Shown here in pieces: positions 10,991 to 21,654 of a stretch of 64,000 bases of DNA. Numbering within the stretch: position 1 is the first letter of the stretch; every line of letters starts with the position of its first letter. Position numbers and translations under genes: made by a program. Origin of the DNA: an uncultured bacterium (GTDB lineage: Bacteria > Babelota > Babeliae > Babelales > Vermiphilaceae); the NCBI GenBank assembly GCA_963695335.1, contig OY968764.1, positions 512,001-576,000 on the forward strand, given 5' to 3'. The notes below the pieces were generated by a model. The model saw only the letters and a list, made by a program, of their open reading frames with translations, did no database searches and was not told where the DNA came from.

Positions 10991-11438
10991 CTTTTTGTTT
11001 TTAAACTAATGCTTTGATAATTTTTAAAATCTTAAACTTTTTTAAAATTTTGTAGAGTATGATGATAATTCTTTGGAGAAGAATCAAAAGTTCCCAGAAA
11101 TCTATTTTTGTATCTTGTTGATTATGTTTATCATTTTCGCAGCATGATATGTTGAATTCACGTGTAGAATGTACCATTGTTTTCCTATTTCAAAAAGTGG
11201 TTAGTTGAATAAAAGAAAGTAATTACCATCGATGTTTTTATGTACGCACTGTTTATGTTTCCTTATCTTTTTGATTGTATTAATTTTACTATTATTATTT
11301 CTTCTGTTTCTACAAACTGTTTTCTGGTATCATAGCAAATTATTATCAACTGTAAAGAAGAGGTTTTGTTATATAAAGTAAAAATAATTTTTTTGATTTG
11401 TTACACTAATGTAATATTCATTTTTTTTAAGGAGCATC

Positions 11439-11669
11439 ATGGCTGCAGTTAATTATAATCATATCGTTGGTTTATTTTGTATCATTATTGGTATTGTGGT
11501 AATAGCGGTTGCACTGGGAGATTTATTGGTTCGTGTTTTGGTTGCGCTTGCAGCGTTATCGTTAATTAATTACGGGTTACGTTTGCGTGGGTTGCCACCA
11601 TTACAGTTGTTATTACCATTGCTTGCAAGTCGTAGTGGTAGAGGACGTTGGTTTAATCAGTGGAGATAA
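11439..11669 (+). CDS. Small membrane protein
   Basis: AAGGAG RBS; two hydrophobic helices. Confidence 0.65.
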   Translation: MAAVNYNHIVGLFCIIIGIVVIAVALGDLLVRVLVALAALSLINYGLRLRGLPPLQLLLPLLASRSGRGRWFNQWR

Positions 11670-11673
11670 ATAC

Positions 11674-12459
11674 ATGAGTGATATCATTGTTTTGTACGCA
11701 GGGCATTGCCTGCGTATTTTTATATTGTTGATTGGTGGGATACCTTGTGTTTTTTGGATGAGTAAAATATTGGCTGCATTGTGTGCTAAACACTTTTCTC
11801 AACATGCTGGTGTTTTGGTTGGTAGAGTTATTTTTTATGGTGGGTTGTTGTTGGTGTTCGTAACGCTATTGCAAGAATTAGGTTTTAATGTTGTTGCATT
11901 GCTGGGAGCTGCAGGGGTTCTTGGTGTTGCGATAGGTTTTGCATCGCAGACAGCCGTTTCTAATATTATTAGCGGCTTTTTTTTATTGCTTGAACGTCCA
12001 TTTTCTGTTGGTGACATTATCAAATGTGGTGATGTGTATGGATATGTTGAATCAATAGATTTACTTTCTGTGCATGTGCGTACATCCGATAATAAATTGG
12101 TGCGTTTACCCAATGAGATTGCGCTTAAACAATCACTCAGTAATCTCACCTATTATCCAATAAAAAGAATAGATTGTATTGTATCAATGCCATACAGTGT
12201 TGATGTTGAAGATGCAAAAAAGCAGATACAAACTGTTGTTGCGCATAATGCTTTATTTTTAAAAGATCCTGCAGCGGTTGTGATGGTGAATAAATTAGCA
12301 ATGCATGATTTTGATACTGAGATTAAAATCTTTTTGATGGTACGTGTATGGGTTGCAACGGAAAATTTTTTATCAGCACCAGCTGTTCTGATGCAGCAAT
12401 TAAAAAATCAATTTGATACAGAGGATGTTGTTATAACAGTTGTACAAAGTAATAATTAG
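11674..12459 (+). CDS. mscS: Small-conductance mechanosensitive channel (MscS family)
   Basis: GVAIGFASQTAVSNIISG, ERPFSVGD, RLPN. Confidence 0.9.
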   Translation: MSDIIVLYAGHCLRIFILLIGGIPCVFWMSKILAALCAKHFSQHAGVLVGRVIFYGGLLLVFVTLLQELGFNVVALLGAAGVLGVAIGFASQTAVSNIISGFFLLLERPFSVGDIIKCGDVYGYVESIDLLSVHVRTSDNKLVRLPNEIALKQSLSNLTYYPIKRIDCIVSMPYSVDVEDAKKQIQTVVAHNALFLKDPAAVVMVNKLAMHDFDTEIKIFLMVRVWVATENFLSAPAVLMQQLKNQFDTEDVVITVVQSNN

Positions 12460-12547
12460 CTATAGCCAATGTATTGCAATTTTTTTATGCAATGTGTTTG
12501 AATACTATTCATATTACTATTTTATCCCAAAAACAGGAGTGATGACA

Positions 12548-13281
12548 ATGGCAGAAAAAAAAGTCATGTATTAGAAGCGGTTGGTTTTGCTTTTAAAGAA
12601 TTGATTGAACATGTGCGTCTTTTTGTGATGGTACTTTTATCTGGAATGGTAAGTATTCTCATAGTTGGTGGGTTACTTGCATTACTCAACAAAAGTTTTA
12701 TTCAAGCTCTTTTTTCTTCACAAGCATTGCAAGACTATCAAGCATGTGTTGGTTATGAGTGTGCAGCAGTTGCATACAAATCAGGTGCAACTTTGATGAG
12801 TATGGTATCGGCTAATCTGTTTTCAGTACTTATTTCAGCAGTAGTGATTATGCTTTTTTTTGTTGGTCTTGATTTAGGATTCAAAAAAATTGCACTTAAT
12901 ATCCACGATCGTCATGAAAGTTCTGTAAAAGATCTTTTTGCTTCTTTCAGCTTAGCACCTAAAGCACTTGTTGGGTGGGTATTATACGCATTAATGGTAT
13001 GGATTGGTTGGATCTTTTTTGTATTACCAGGATTTATTGCATTATTACGTTTTGCATTTTTCCCTTATTTTATAGTTGATAAACATGCTGGTCCTATTCA
13101 TGCACTCAAAATGAGTTGGGCAATGACCAAAGATCATGTATGGGATATATTTGCACTTTGGGTAGTCATTAAAATTATAGCATATCTTGGCTTTGCAAGT
13201 GGTATTGGTATTGCTCTTATTTGGCCAATATCAACACTTGCGTATGCATCATATTATCGTCAGTTTGTTGCAAAAAAATAA
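12548..13281 (+). CDS. Integral membrane protein (DUF975/GPDPase membrane-domain-like); apparent frameshift in an A8 run near the 5' end
   Basis: Hydrophobic ORF 12601-13281 with PYFIVDK..ALKMSW; RBS AGGAG plus ATG at 12548 is one base out of frame. Confidence 0.6.
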
Positions 13282-13287
13282 TTTTTT

Positions 13288-15246
13288 TTACAGACGTCGC
13301 CTGAATTTTTTTTCAATTTCATGCAATGATAACAGCCATCCGGTTGGCCTTCCATGTGGGCAGGAAAATCGGTTGGCTGTTTTTTCTAGATCACGTAACA
13401 GTTGTTCCATTTTTTCTTGTGTGAGCGTATCACCTGCTTTGACTGCAGCTTTGCATGCCATTTGTGCTTGTAGTTTATTGTTCACCATTTTTTTGAGTTC
13501 TTGTTGATCAAGCGTGCTGCTCTCTGTAATCCATACAACTGCTGTTTTAATAATATCATCAAGTGATTGATCTTTAAGATGCACCGGGAGTGATTCTATT
13601 TTTAATTGATTACTTGCGCACTGTTCAATAATAATGCCGTTATCAGTAAAAATATCCAAATGTGGTGTTATGATTGCAATATCTTGTGGTGATAATGTGA
13701 TGATATGAGGGAACAGTAATTGCACCGTTGCAACTTCTGTAAAACGTTGTGAAAACAGTTCGTATAAAATACGTTCGTGTGCTGCGTGTTGATCTACTAA
13801 AAAAAGGCCATCTTCTTTTTCTACAAGAATGTATGTTGTGTTGTATTGGCCGATGAGGCGGTAGGCGGTTGTTGGTTTTGGGGTGGTTGTGCTATACAAA
13901 GAAGTATTAATTTCATTTATTTCGAGCGCTCGAAGATATCCTTTTGCCCCAATTTCCACTCCGTTCCAATCGGGATCCCCATCGGAAGGAACTGAAGATG
14001 GGGTTAAACGAGCGCGGGAAGTTGCAGATGAAGATGGATGTAAAATATTTTCTTTTTCGTTCATATGGTTCGACAAGCTCACCACGAACGGTAGAGAATT
14101 TTCTACAGCATTAAGCATTTCATTAGATGTATTTAGTCCGTTCGCATTGAGCCTGTCGAAATGAGCGAACGGTGTATCAAAATCAAAAGACCTTAATTCT
14201 TGTGGCCTTGCAGAATACTGCTCAGCAGATTTAAATGTAATATCCCTTTTGAGGTGCTGAGATAAATTCTGTTCAAGTGTATTTTTAACAGCTTGTTGCA
14301 ACGCTTGCTCAATGCGCCGCGGGTGCAAAAATTTTACTTCTTCTTTGCGTGGATGAATATTAATATCAACTTCATGGGGTGCAACTGTAATATGAATCAC
14401 TGCAGCAGGATAGCGGCCAGCAGGAATAACATTTGCATATCCTTTAACAAATGCATTACTCAGATGTTGATTTTTAACCCAACGTTTATTAACAAACAAG
14501 TAAATACTACTTCTATCATAGCGATAATATTGATGATCAGAGATGATACCTGAGATTGTAAAATCTTTTTCTGTTGTATGCAGTTCTAAAAGATGGGTGT
14601 TTGCTTCCCAAATTTGGAGAGTGCGATTTTTCAAATCGTTTGTTATAGGAAAATTAAAAACTTGTTTACCCTCAGAAAACAGTAAAAAATGAATGTGAGG
14701 ATAATCAAAACAAAATGCATTAAACAGCAATTGAATTGCGCGCCATTCCGTTTGTGTTGTTTTTAAAAATTTTTTACGTGCAGGAACATTATAAAATAAA
14801 TTATTAATACTCAAATCAGTTCCGGTTGCACATGCAACAGAAGTTGTTTCTATAATGTTGCCGGCATCAACAACAACTTTGGTCCCTTCAAGAGATTGTT
14901 CTTCTTTGGTGATGAGTATTATCTGGCTCACGGATGCAATACTTGCAAGTGCTTCTCCGCGAAAACCAAATGTATCAATTGTTTCCAATTGACTTACGTG
15001 CGTAATTTTACTTGTTGCATGACGATCAAAACAGAGTTGTGCATCAATTGTATCCATGCCGCAGCCGTTATCAACAATACGAATTAATTGTTTGCCGGCA
15101 TCTTCAACGTATATTGCTATGCGCGTTGCTCCAGCATCAATCGCATTTTCAACCAATTCTTTAATAATATTTGCAGGACGTTCAACTACCTCTCCGGCTG
15201 CAATTTTCTGTGCTTCATGTGGTGGGAGTTGTTTGATTTTTGCCAT
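13288..15246 (-). CDS. mutL: DNA mismatch repair protein MutL with repeat-derived linker insertion
   Basis: IAAGEVVERP, KELVENAIDAG, GFRGEAL, DQHAAHER, ACKAA, CPHGRP. Confidence 0.97.
   Translation of the reverse strand: MAKIKQLPPHEAQKIAAGEVVERPANIIKELVENAIDAGATRIAIYVEDAGKQLIRIVDNGCGMDTIDAQLCFDRHATSKITHVSQLETIDTFGFRGEALASIASVSQIILITKEEQSLEGTKVVVDAGNIIETTSVACATGTDLSINNLFYNVPARKKFLKTTQTEWRAIQLLFNAFCFDYPHIHFLLFSEGKQVFNFPITNDLKNRTLQIWEANTHLLELHTTEKDFTISGIISDHQYYRYDRSSIYLFVNKRWVKNQHLSNAFVKGYANVIPAGRYPAAVIHITVAPHEVDINIHPRKEEVKFLHPRRIEQALQQAVKNTLEQNLSQHLKRDITFKSAEQYSARPQELRSFDFDTPFAHFDRLNANGLNTSNEMLNAVENSLPFVVSLSNHMNEKENILHPSSSATSRARLTPSSVPSDGDPDWNGVEIGAKGYLRALEINEINTSLYSTTTPKPTTAYRLIGQYNTTYILVEKEDGLFLVDQHAAHERILYELFSQRFTEVATVQLLFPHIITLSPQDIAIITPHLDIFTDNGIIIEQCASNQLKIESLPVHLKDQSLDDIIKTAVVWITESSTLDQQELKKMVNNKLQAQMACKAAVKAGDTLTQEKMEQLLRDLEKTANRFSCPHGRPTGWLLSLHEIEKKFRRRL
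13921..14020. repeat. Palindromic repeat type B inside mutL
   Basis: ccttttgccccaatttccactccgttccaatcgggatccccatcggaaggaactgaagatggggt; homologs at 29731-29796 and 19259-19300 (inverted). Confidence 0.8.
14058..14172. repeat. REP-like inverted dimer (type A) inside mutL
   Basis: tggttcgacaagctcaccacgaacgg (14066-14091) and ccgttcgcattgagcctgtcgaaatg (14138-14163). Confidence 0.85.
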
Positions 15247-15332
15247 GGTAGTAGAATTTTTTTCTAAAAATAAGTAATTAAATAACTGTTTTTTCAGTAT
15301 ATCATGTATTGCCAAGAACAGTACAAAATAAA

Positions 15333-15368
15333 AATATCCTCTGATGCAAAATTGTTTCAGAGGATATT
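15333..15368. terminator. Putative terminator hairpin
   Basis: aatatcctctga / tcagaggatatt inverted repeat just after the 15372 gene stop. Confidence 0.55.
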
Positions 15369-15371
15369 GAA

Positions 15372-16259
15372 CTATTTTTTATCATTTTGTGCAAAAACAA
15401 GTGCTTTGCAATATGTACCGAGTGCTAACATTGTGCCTCCTGGATGTAAACAGATTGAGGAAAGAGGTTTTTTCTTATAGAAGCGGTCTACGCCATTGAA
15501 TTGATCTATAGTAACAGGGATTTTTGTGTCAGTTATTTTTTTGCTATATTCGTTATAGATCTGAATTGTGTCTCCTGGTGTTTCTACAGTTACAATTTCA
15601 TTGTTATCATTGATCACAACAGATGAAATATAACGATTATCGCGCTTAAAGCAGAAACGTTTTACTTTTTCTTTTGTTCTCATATCAAATAGGCGCACTT
15701 TATTGAGAGAAGCGGTAATTATTGTTGTATCATGTGTATTAAAACATACTGAGATAGGTTGATCTTGGTGGTGAATGCTGAAAAGTCTTTTGTCTTCAAC
15801 GAGATCAAATAAACGTACTGTATGGTCTGCTGCTACAGCTAATTTATTGCCATAACGATTAAATTTAACAGCAGATACTATATCTTTATTTTCAAAAGAA
15901 CATGTTTCATTTGGGACAAATTCAGAAAATTTTATGTTGTTTGGTTTAGCAACATTGGTGACACGTGCCATTGTGTCATCAGATCCAGTAGCAACCAGAT
16001 TGTGATGCATGGAAATTGCTCGAGTGATTTGATTATGATTATCAAAAGATTGGGATTCTTTATGTGTGTCGAATTTAAACAGATGTGATTTAAAGTCGCC
16101 AGAAGTTGTAGCTAAGATATTACCATTGTCTAACAGATCGACGGCACGAACTTGACCTACTTGCTCGAACGTTCTTATAATCTCCCATTCATTTTTTTCC
16201 ATGCAATTGAGTGATGCGGCAGCAACAAGAGGGAACAATAATATACGCATGTGGTTCAT
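15372..16259 (-). CDS. Secreted WD40-repeat protein
   Basis: Signal peptide; ATGSDDTMARV, VRLFDL, VRLFDM repeats. Confidence 0.8.
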   Translation of the reverse strand: MNHMRILLFPLVAAASLNCMEKNEWEIIRTFEQVGQVRAVDLLDNGNILATTSGDFKSHLFKFDTHKESQSFDNHNQITRAISMHHNLVATGSDDTMARVTNVAKPNNIKFSEFVPNETCSFENKDIVSAVKFNRYGNKLAVAADHTVRLFDLVEDKRLFSIHHQDQPISVCFNTHDTTIITASLNKVRLFDMRTKEKVKRFCFKRDNRYISSVVINDNNEIVTVETPGDTIQIYNEYSKKITDTKIPVTIDQFNGVDRFYKKKPLSSICLHPGGTMLALGTYCKALVFAQNDKK

Positions 16260-16339
16260 GAGAATCCTTTTTTATGAAATAGATTTTTTAAGATCTCATA
16301 TTGTGTAGCATATATTGCTGTAATAAACAACAGGATAGC

Positions 16340-16819
16340 TTACTTTTTCACCGGGCAACTGGCGTTTAGTTTTATTGTGATGAATTTATCTTTTGGACAT
16401 GGCTGTTCTTTTGATGATCTACGAACTCTTGCTTGTTCAAAGTTTTGATTTGACTGAGCAAAGTCTTGAGCAAGTTGTTTCTTTACAGGACGTTGGATAT
16501 GTGCTTGCTGAGCCAGTGCAGCTTCAAGTTTTGCCATATTTTCTTGTTCTTGTTTTATTTCTATTGCTTTATACCGAGCACTTACTTCCCTGTCGTATTT
16601 TTCCCATGCTTCTGGGTTTGCTTTTCTTGCCTCTGCTTCGTGCCGAGCAGCTGTTTGTTCTCTTGTTTCTTTGTTTTTTTTTATAGTTCTTTCTTCTTGA
16701 TACATTGCTTTAAGTTCATGTGGATAATGATATAATTCTCGACCAAATCCAAACATACCAAACGCATTGCAAGAAACAGTGAGTATACTTGTATAAAAAA
16801 TATATTTCATGATATTCAT
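16340..16819 (-). CDS. Secreted hypothetical coiled-coil protein
   Basis: Signal-like N-terminus, charged helical body. Confidence 0.6.
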   Translation of the reverse strand: MNIMKYIFYTSILTVSCNAFGMFGFGRELYHYPHELKAMYQEERTIKKNKETREQTAARHEAEARKANPEAWEKYDREVSARYKAIEIKQEQENMAKLEAALAQQAHIQRPVKKQLAQDFAQSNQNFEQARVRRSSKEQPCPKDKFITIKLNASCPVKK

Positions 16820-16976
16820 ATAAATTGCCTTTTCTAAAAAAATGTAGCCTTGTGATAACAATTTACTACAAACTGAAATGGTTGGCAAATATATAGTATT
16901 CATTTGAAAGGAATTTCAGATAGGTTAAGCTGATACAAGAAAAATAAGATTTTTTATTCATTGAATATGAGAAGAT

Positions 16977-18371
16977 ATGAAAAATGTAACCATTATTCTT
17001 TTTGGTGCAACGGGAGATCTGAGTAAGCGTAAGATTTTACCAGCGTTGTACCAATTGTTTGTTAAAAATAAGTTAGAAAAGGTGATTATTGTAGGAGCTG
17101 CTTTTGATGATGTAACTTCTGATCAGATGATTGATGCAGCAAAACCATTTGTTCAAGATAAAGATGAAACAATTTGGAGTGGGTTGCGCGCGATAAGTTA
17201 TTATAAAAAAATTGATTTTACCAAACCAGCTGATTTTGAATCATTGCGTGCTTTTGTTCAAGAATGTGAACTAAAGCATAAAATGGTGCCAAGTCGTCTT
17301 TTTTACGCAGCAACAGCGGCTGATTTTTTTTGTCCTATTACGCATAACAGTGCTGAAGTTGGTTTGTTGCAGAGAAAGAATACGCATGATCAAGTTTGGC
17401 ATAGAATTGTGTATGAAAAACCATTTGGCCATGATCTGCAGTCAGCGCACACAATTAATGAATGTATTAAAAACTGTATAGATGAATCACAAGTCTATCG
17501 TATTGATCATTATCTGACTAAAGAAGTTGTCAGCAATATTGCCATGATCCGTTTCACCAACTGTGTACTGGAGCCACTGTGGTCAAACAGATACATTGAT
17601 CAAGTACAAATTGTTTTGAGTGAAAGTGTGGGGCTTGAAGGGCGTGGTATCTATTATGATGCGTATGGTGCATTGCGTGATGTGGTTCAAAATCACATGC
17701 TTGAGCTGCTTGCATTAATATGTATGGAATCTCCAGAAAAACTGACCGGAGATTATATTCGTGCAGAGCGTGTAAAAGTGTTAGAAAAAGTAAAATTTAT
17801 TGATGGTATTTTAGGACAATATGATGGTTACACAGATGAACCACATGTTAAAAAAGATTCACATACTGATACCTATGCATCATTAAAACTTGCGATTGAT
17901 ACACCACGTTGGGTTGGTGTTCCTTTCTATTTAAAAACTGGTAAATGTCTGGATAAAAAAGAAACTATTATTCATATTAAATTTAAACAAGTTGATTGTT
18001 TATTAATGCGTGGATGCCCAACAGATTCCAATTGGTTGACCATACAAATAGCTCCTGAAGCAACCTTTGTATTAACATTGAATGTTAAAAAACCTAATAC
18101 CGCTGATACAATGATGCCGGTGGGTATGGAGTTTTGCCATTCATGTCTTTTTGGAGTGCAAACGCCAGAAGCATATGAGGTATTGCTTGATGAAGTTGCA
18201 CGCGGCGAACAATCAATTTCTGTACGATTTGATGAGATTGAACATGCATGGAAACTCATTGACGTTATCGAACAGCAAAAATTACCGCTGTTTACCTATG
18301 AAAAGAAATCAAAAGGTCCGCAAGAAGAACAACAGTTTACACAAAAGCATGGAATGAGGTGGAGATCATGA
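16977..18371 (+). CDS. zwf: Glucose-6-phosphate 1-dehydrogenase
   Basis: GATGDLS, EKPFGHDL, RIDHYLTKE, RDVVQNH. Confidence 0.97.
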   Translation: MKNVTIILFGATGDLSKRKILPALYQLFVKNKLEKVIIVGAAFDDVTSDQMIDAAKPFVQDKDETIWSGLRAISYYKKIDFTKPADFESLRAFVQECELKHKMVPSRLFYAATAADFFCPITHNSAEVGLLQRKNTHDQVWHRIVYEKPFGHDLQSAHTINECIKNCIDESQVYRIDHYLTKEVVSNIAMIRFTNCVLEPLWSNRYIDQVQIVLSESVGLEGRGIYYDAYGALRDVVQNHMLELLALICMESPEKLTGDYIRAERVKVLEKVKFIDGILGQYDGYTDEPHVKKDSHTDTYASLKLAIDTPRWVGVPFYLKTGKCLDKKETIIHIKFKQVDCLLMRGCPTDSNWLTIQIAPEATFVLTLNVKKPNTADTMMPVGMEFCHSCLFGVQTPEAYEVLLDEVARGEQSISVRFDEIEHAWKLIDVIEQQKLPLFTYEKKSKGPQEEQQFTQKHGMRWRS

Positions 18372-19303
18372 ATATCGCAATGATAGGGCTTGGTAGAATG
18401 GGTGAATCTCTTGCGTATCGTGCAACACAAGCAGGATTTACCGTATTTGGTTTTGATGTGAGTGCTGATAGTTGCGCAGTTGCAGCACAAGATGGTGTGC
18501 AGATTGTTGCAAGCATTACTGATTTTAAAGATAAAGATATTCATGTTTTTTGGCTTATGGTGCCGCAAGGAGAACTTGTTGATAAAGTGATTGCTCAATT
18601 GCGTTCTATTCTTGCATCAGGTGACATTATTATTGATGGCGGCAATAGCAAATTCAGTGATTCTATGCGCCGTGCACAAGAGCTTGCATTGCAAGATGTT
18701 TATTTTATAGATTGTGGAACATCGGGTGGAATTCATGGGCGTGAACATGGATTTTGTTTGATGGTTGGTGGTGACAAAAAAGCATACGAGACTATTGAAC
18801 CTCTTTGTAAAGCTGTTGCAGCGCCAGGTGGATATGCATATGTTGGCCCTTCTGGAGCAGGGCACTATGTTAAGATGGTACATAACGGCATTGAGTATGG
18901 ACTGTTGCAAGCGTATGCTGAAGGATTTCATGTACTCAAAAGTGGGCAATTTAAAGATGTTTCTTTAGATTTAGAAAAAATCGCAACATTGTGGAGCCAT
19001 GGTTCGGTAATTCGTTCTTGGATTTTAGAACTTGTTGAAGACATTATGAAAGAAGATCCAAGTTTAAATGATATTAAAGGTAATGTTGCTTCTACTGGAA
19101 TGGGCAAGTGGACTGTTGAAGAGGCTCATGCAACACATATTCCCGTATCAGTTATTGAAGAATCATTACGCGTACGTGAATGGTCAGAAAAAACTGGCGG
19201 TAATTATGCAACGAAAATTGTTGCTATGTTACGTAACAAATTTGGTGGGCATGCGGTTACCTCATCTTCAGTTCCTTCCGATGGGGGCTCCAAATTGGAG
19301 TAA
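18368..19303 (+). CDS. gnd: 6-phosphogluconate dehydrogenase, decarboxylating (short type)
   Basis: GLGRMG, DGGNS, DCGTSGG, KMVHNGIEYG, FGGH; ATGA overlap with zwf. Confidence 0.95.
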   Translation: MNIAMIGLGRMGESLAYRATQAGFTVFGFDVSADSCAVAAQDGVQIVASITDFKDKDIHVFWLMVPQGELVDKVIAQLRSILASGDIIIDGGNSKFSDSMRRAQELALQDVYFIDCGTSGGIHGREHGFCLMVGGDKKAYETIEPLCKAVAAPGGYAYVGPSGAGHYVKMVHNGIEYGLLQAYAEGFHVLKSGQFKDVSLDLEKIATLWSHGSVIRSWILELVEDIMKEDPSLNDIKGNVASTGMGKWTVEEAHATHIPVSVIEESLRVREWSEKTGGNYATKIVAMLRNKFGGHAVTSSSVPSDGGSKLE

Positions 19304-19322
19304 GATAAGTTTGATTATTACC

Positions 19323-19462
19323 CCGCTCGTCCTGAGTGTTTTACGTAGTGAAACGTAGTAAAATGTATCGAAGGATGCGATATAAGAAAGATTTAGATTA
19401 TTATTTTTTTCGCATACCCTTCGATACATTTTTGCTTTCGCAAAAACACTCAGGGCGAGCGG
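19323..19462. repeat. REP-like inverted dimer (type A, long loops)
   Basis: ccgctcgtcctgagtgttttacgtagtgaaacgtagtaaaatgtatcgaaggat ... ccttcgatacatttttgctttcgcaaaaacactcagggcgagcgg. Confidence 0.9.
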
Positions 19463-19498
19463 GAAGAGGCAATAATTGTAAAAATAAAAAGGAAAATA

Positions 19499-20128
19499 AT
19501 GAACGTAATTGATATTAGTTGGCCAATCAGCAAAGCAACAACCGGATACAAAGATAGATCAATTGTTGGTATTGATGAAATAAAAAATTTTAATCGTGAT
19601 GGTGCACGTGAAACAGCGTTGCACGTGAGTTCTCACACGGGCACGCATGTTGATGCACCGTCACATTTTTTAAGAGATGGTAAAACAATTGATGAAATGC
19701 ACTTAGACCGTTTAATTGGTGATTGTGTTGTTCTTGATATGACAACATGCGCAGAACGCATTACGCGTGATTGTCTGATTGCGCATGATAATGATATTGT
19801 TGAAGGTGGCATTGTATTGTTTCGTACATCAAACAGTGATTTGAATCCAACGGATAAGTTCAGCCCGCACTTTGTGTATCTTGAAGCAAGTGGGGCAATT
19901 TATTTAGCTGAAAAAAAAGTAAAAGCTGTTGGCATTGATTATCTTGGTATTGAGCATAGTCAACCTGGTCATCCAACGCATGAAAATTTGATGCATGCAG
20001 ATGTAGCCATTATTGAAGGGTTACGTTTGGGGCATGTTGCTGCTGGTAAATATCTGTTTGTATGTTTGCCGCTGAATGTGATTGGCACCGAAGCTGCGCC
20101 TGCGCGTGCAATTCTTATGGCTAAGTAA
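19499..20128 (+). CDS. Cyclase family / kynurenine formamidase-like metal hydrolase
   Basis: HTGTHVDAPSH, VGIDYL, IIEGL, APARAI. Confidence 0.9.
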   Translation: MNVIDISWPISKATTGYKDRSIVGIDEIKNFNRDGARETALHVSSHTGTHVDAPSHFLRDGKTIDEMHLDRLIGDCVVLDMTTCAERITRDCLIAHDNDIVEGGIVLFRTSNSDLNPTDKFSPHFVYLEASGAIYLAEKKVKAVGIDYLGIEHSQPGHPTHENLMHADVAIIEGLRLGHVAAGKYLFVCLPLNVIGTEAAPARAILMAK

Positions 20129-20148
20129 TAGATGTATAAAAAAAGCCT

Positions 20149-21021
20149 CTAAAATCTAGAGGCTCTTTTTTTCCGTGATAATTTTTCTTTTTGTTTCATA
20201 AGTGCGTACATAGTTATCATTTCTTCACAATGTTTTTTGTGATTGATAATTTTTTTGTGACCGAAAACGCATCTATTTTGTATTCCAATACGAGCATTAT
20301 GAATATTTATTGATGCAGCGTGTATATCTGCTTCTCTTTCCTGTATTGAGGTTAATTCAGGTTTATGGGATCGGTCATACGATGAATTACATAATGATAC
20401 CATACTTTGTATAGAAGAATGTTCTAATAAAATATGCTGTAATTCATGATGATATGTAAAATTTTGCGAATCATTTGAATGTTTGGATAACTCATTATAG
20501 ATTCTTATTCTTGGTTTTACAACGCAATGATCATAAAAATAGGATCCACTTTTTGCACTAGCGAGTAACCCAGACTGTTCTGAAGATGTTATATATTCTA
20601 AATCTATATTGTTTGGATGGATCTGCATTTCTGACATGGCGTCTGTTAGCTGTTGATACATAGATGAAGGGATATTGGGATCATGATTTTTATGAGAATA
20701 AGAGTTTTTACGTAACTCTTGTTTGACGAAAGCTCTTTTTTTATCAATTTCTTGCTGTAAAGAGTCGTATGGTTTATTTGTAAGAGACGCGAGTTCTGTG
20801 AGTCCCTCTTTATAGACATTATTTTTTAAGACATTTATTTCACGGTCTACAGAAGTTATTGTGGTTAACTGTTTAATTCTTGCACTTTCCTTATCTTCTT
20901 GTGATTTGTTTACGTTTTTAACAGCTGGCTTAAGTAGAGAGGTAAGCATAGCCATGTTTGATGAGAAAACAAAAAAGAAAGGTATGATAAGAGCGTTTAA
21001 ATAATATTTATTTTGAGTCAT
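20149..21021 (-). CDS. Secreted zincin-like (HExxH) protein
   Basis: HHELQH followed by EREAD; signal-like N-terminus. Confidence 0.7.
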   Translation of the reverse strand: MTQNKYYLNALIIPFFFVFSSNMAMLTSLLKPAVKNVNKSQEDKESARIKQLTTITSVDREINVLKNNVYKEGLTELASLTNKPYDSLQQEIDKKRAFVKQELRKNSYSHKNHDPNIPSSMYQQLTDAMSEMQIHPNNIDLEYITSSEQSGLLASAKSGSYFYDHCVVKPRIRIYNELSKHSNDSQNFTYHHELQHILLEHSSIQSMVSLCNSSYDRSHKPELTSIQEREADIHAASINIHNARIGIQNRCVFGHKKIINHKKHCEEMITMYALMKQKEKLSRKKRASRF

Positions 21022-21095
21022 TTGAAATTTCTCCAGATACAATAATTCTATGTTTTTAGCCTATCATATCTATATAAAATGTCAAATAGAAATCT

Positions 21096-21638
21096 TTAGC
21101 CCCAAGTTTGCTTACTCTGCAGCAATTCTACAATCTGTTCACCAAATTGCTGCGCGCCAGATGGGTCAGTTGCGGTGATAACATTAGATTCCACAACTAC
21201 TTTTTCTTCTGGAAGGTAAACAACGCCATTTTCTGCGAATATAGCATTCAATAAACCATCATCATTCCATCCGGTTGCATATTTGTCCCTCAGTACACCA
21301 GATTTGGCGAGTATGCGGGTTGCAATGCAAATTGCCCCAATTGGTTTGTGTTGCAGCGCAGCTTCCTGCAGAATTTTATAACTGGTGTTGTTATCCAGAT
21401 GTTCGAGCGTTCCAGGTCCACCAATAAAAAAGATTCCTTGATAGTCATTCACTCTTATCTGACTGAGGGTGATATCAACGTGAACTTTTGATCCATCTTT
21501 TGCAATTGCTTTATCAGATACATCACTTGCGGTAACAACGGTAAAACCAGCATCGGTGAGCATTTTTTTTGTTACGCCATATTCAATCTGTTGAAACCCT
21601 TTTGATGCAATGACAAGTAATACAGTTATTTCATTCAT
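21096..21638 (-). CDS. DJ-1/PfpI family protein
   Basis: GFQQIE, FIGGPG, GAICIA, VITATDP. Confidence 0.9.
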   Translation of the reverse strand: MNEITVLLVIASKGFQQIEYGVTKKMLTDAGFTVVTASDVSDKAIAKDGSKVHVDITLSQIRVNDYQGIFFIGGPGTLEHLDNNTSYKILQEAALQHKPIGAICIATRILAKSGVLRDKYATGWNDDGLLNAIFAENGVVYLPEEKVVVESNVITATDPSGAQQFGEQIVELLQSKQTWG

Positions 21639-21654
21639 GAATATTTCCTTTTTT

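Noticed and set aside
10868..11438. Long AT-rich intergenic region as origin or hidden gene
   Set aside because: No DnaA-box cluster or convincing ORF seen
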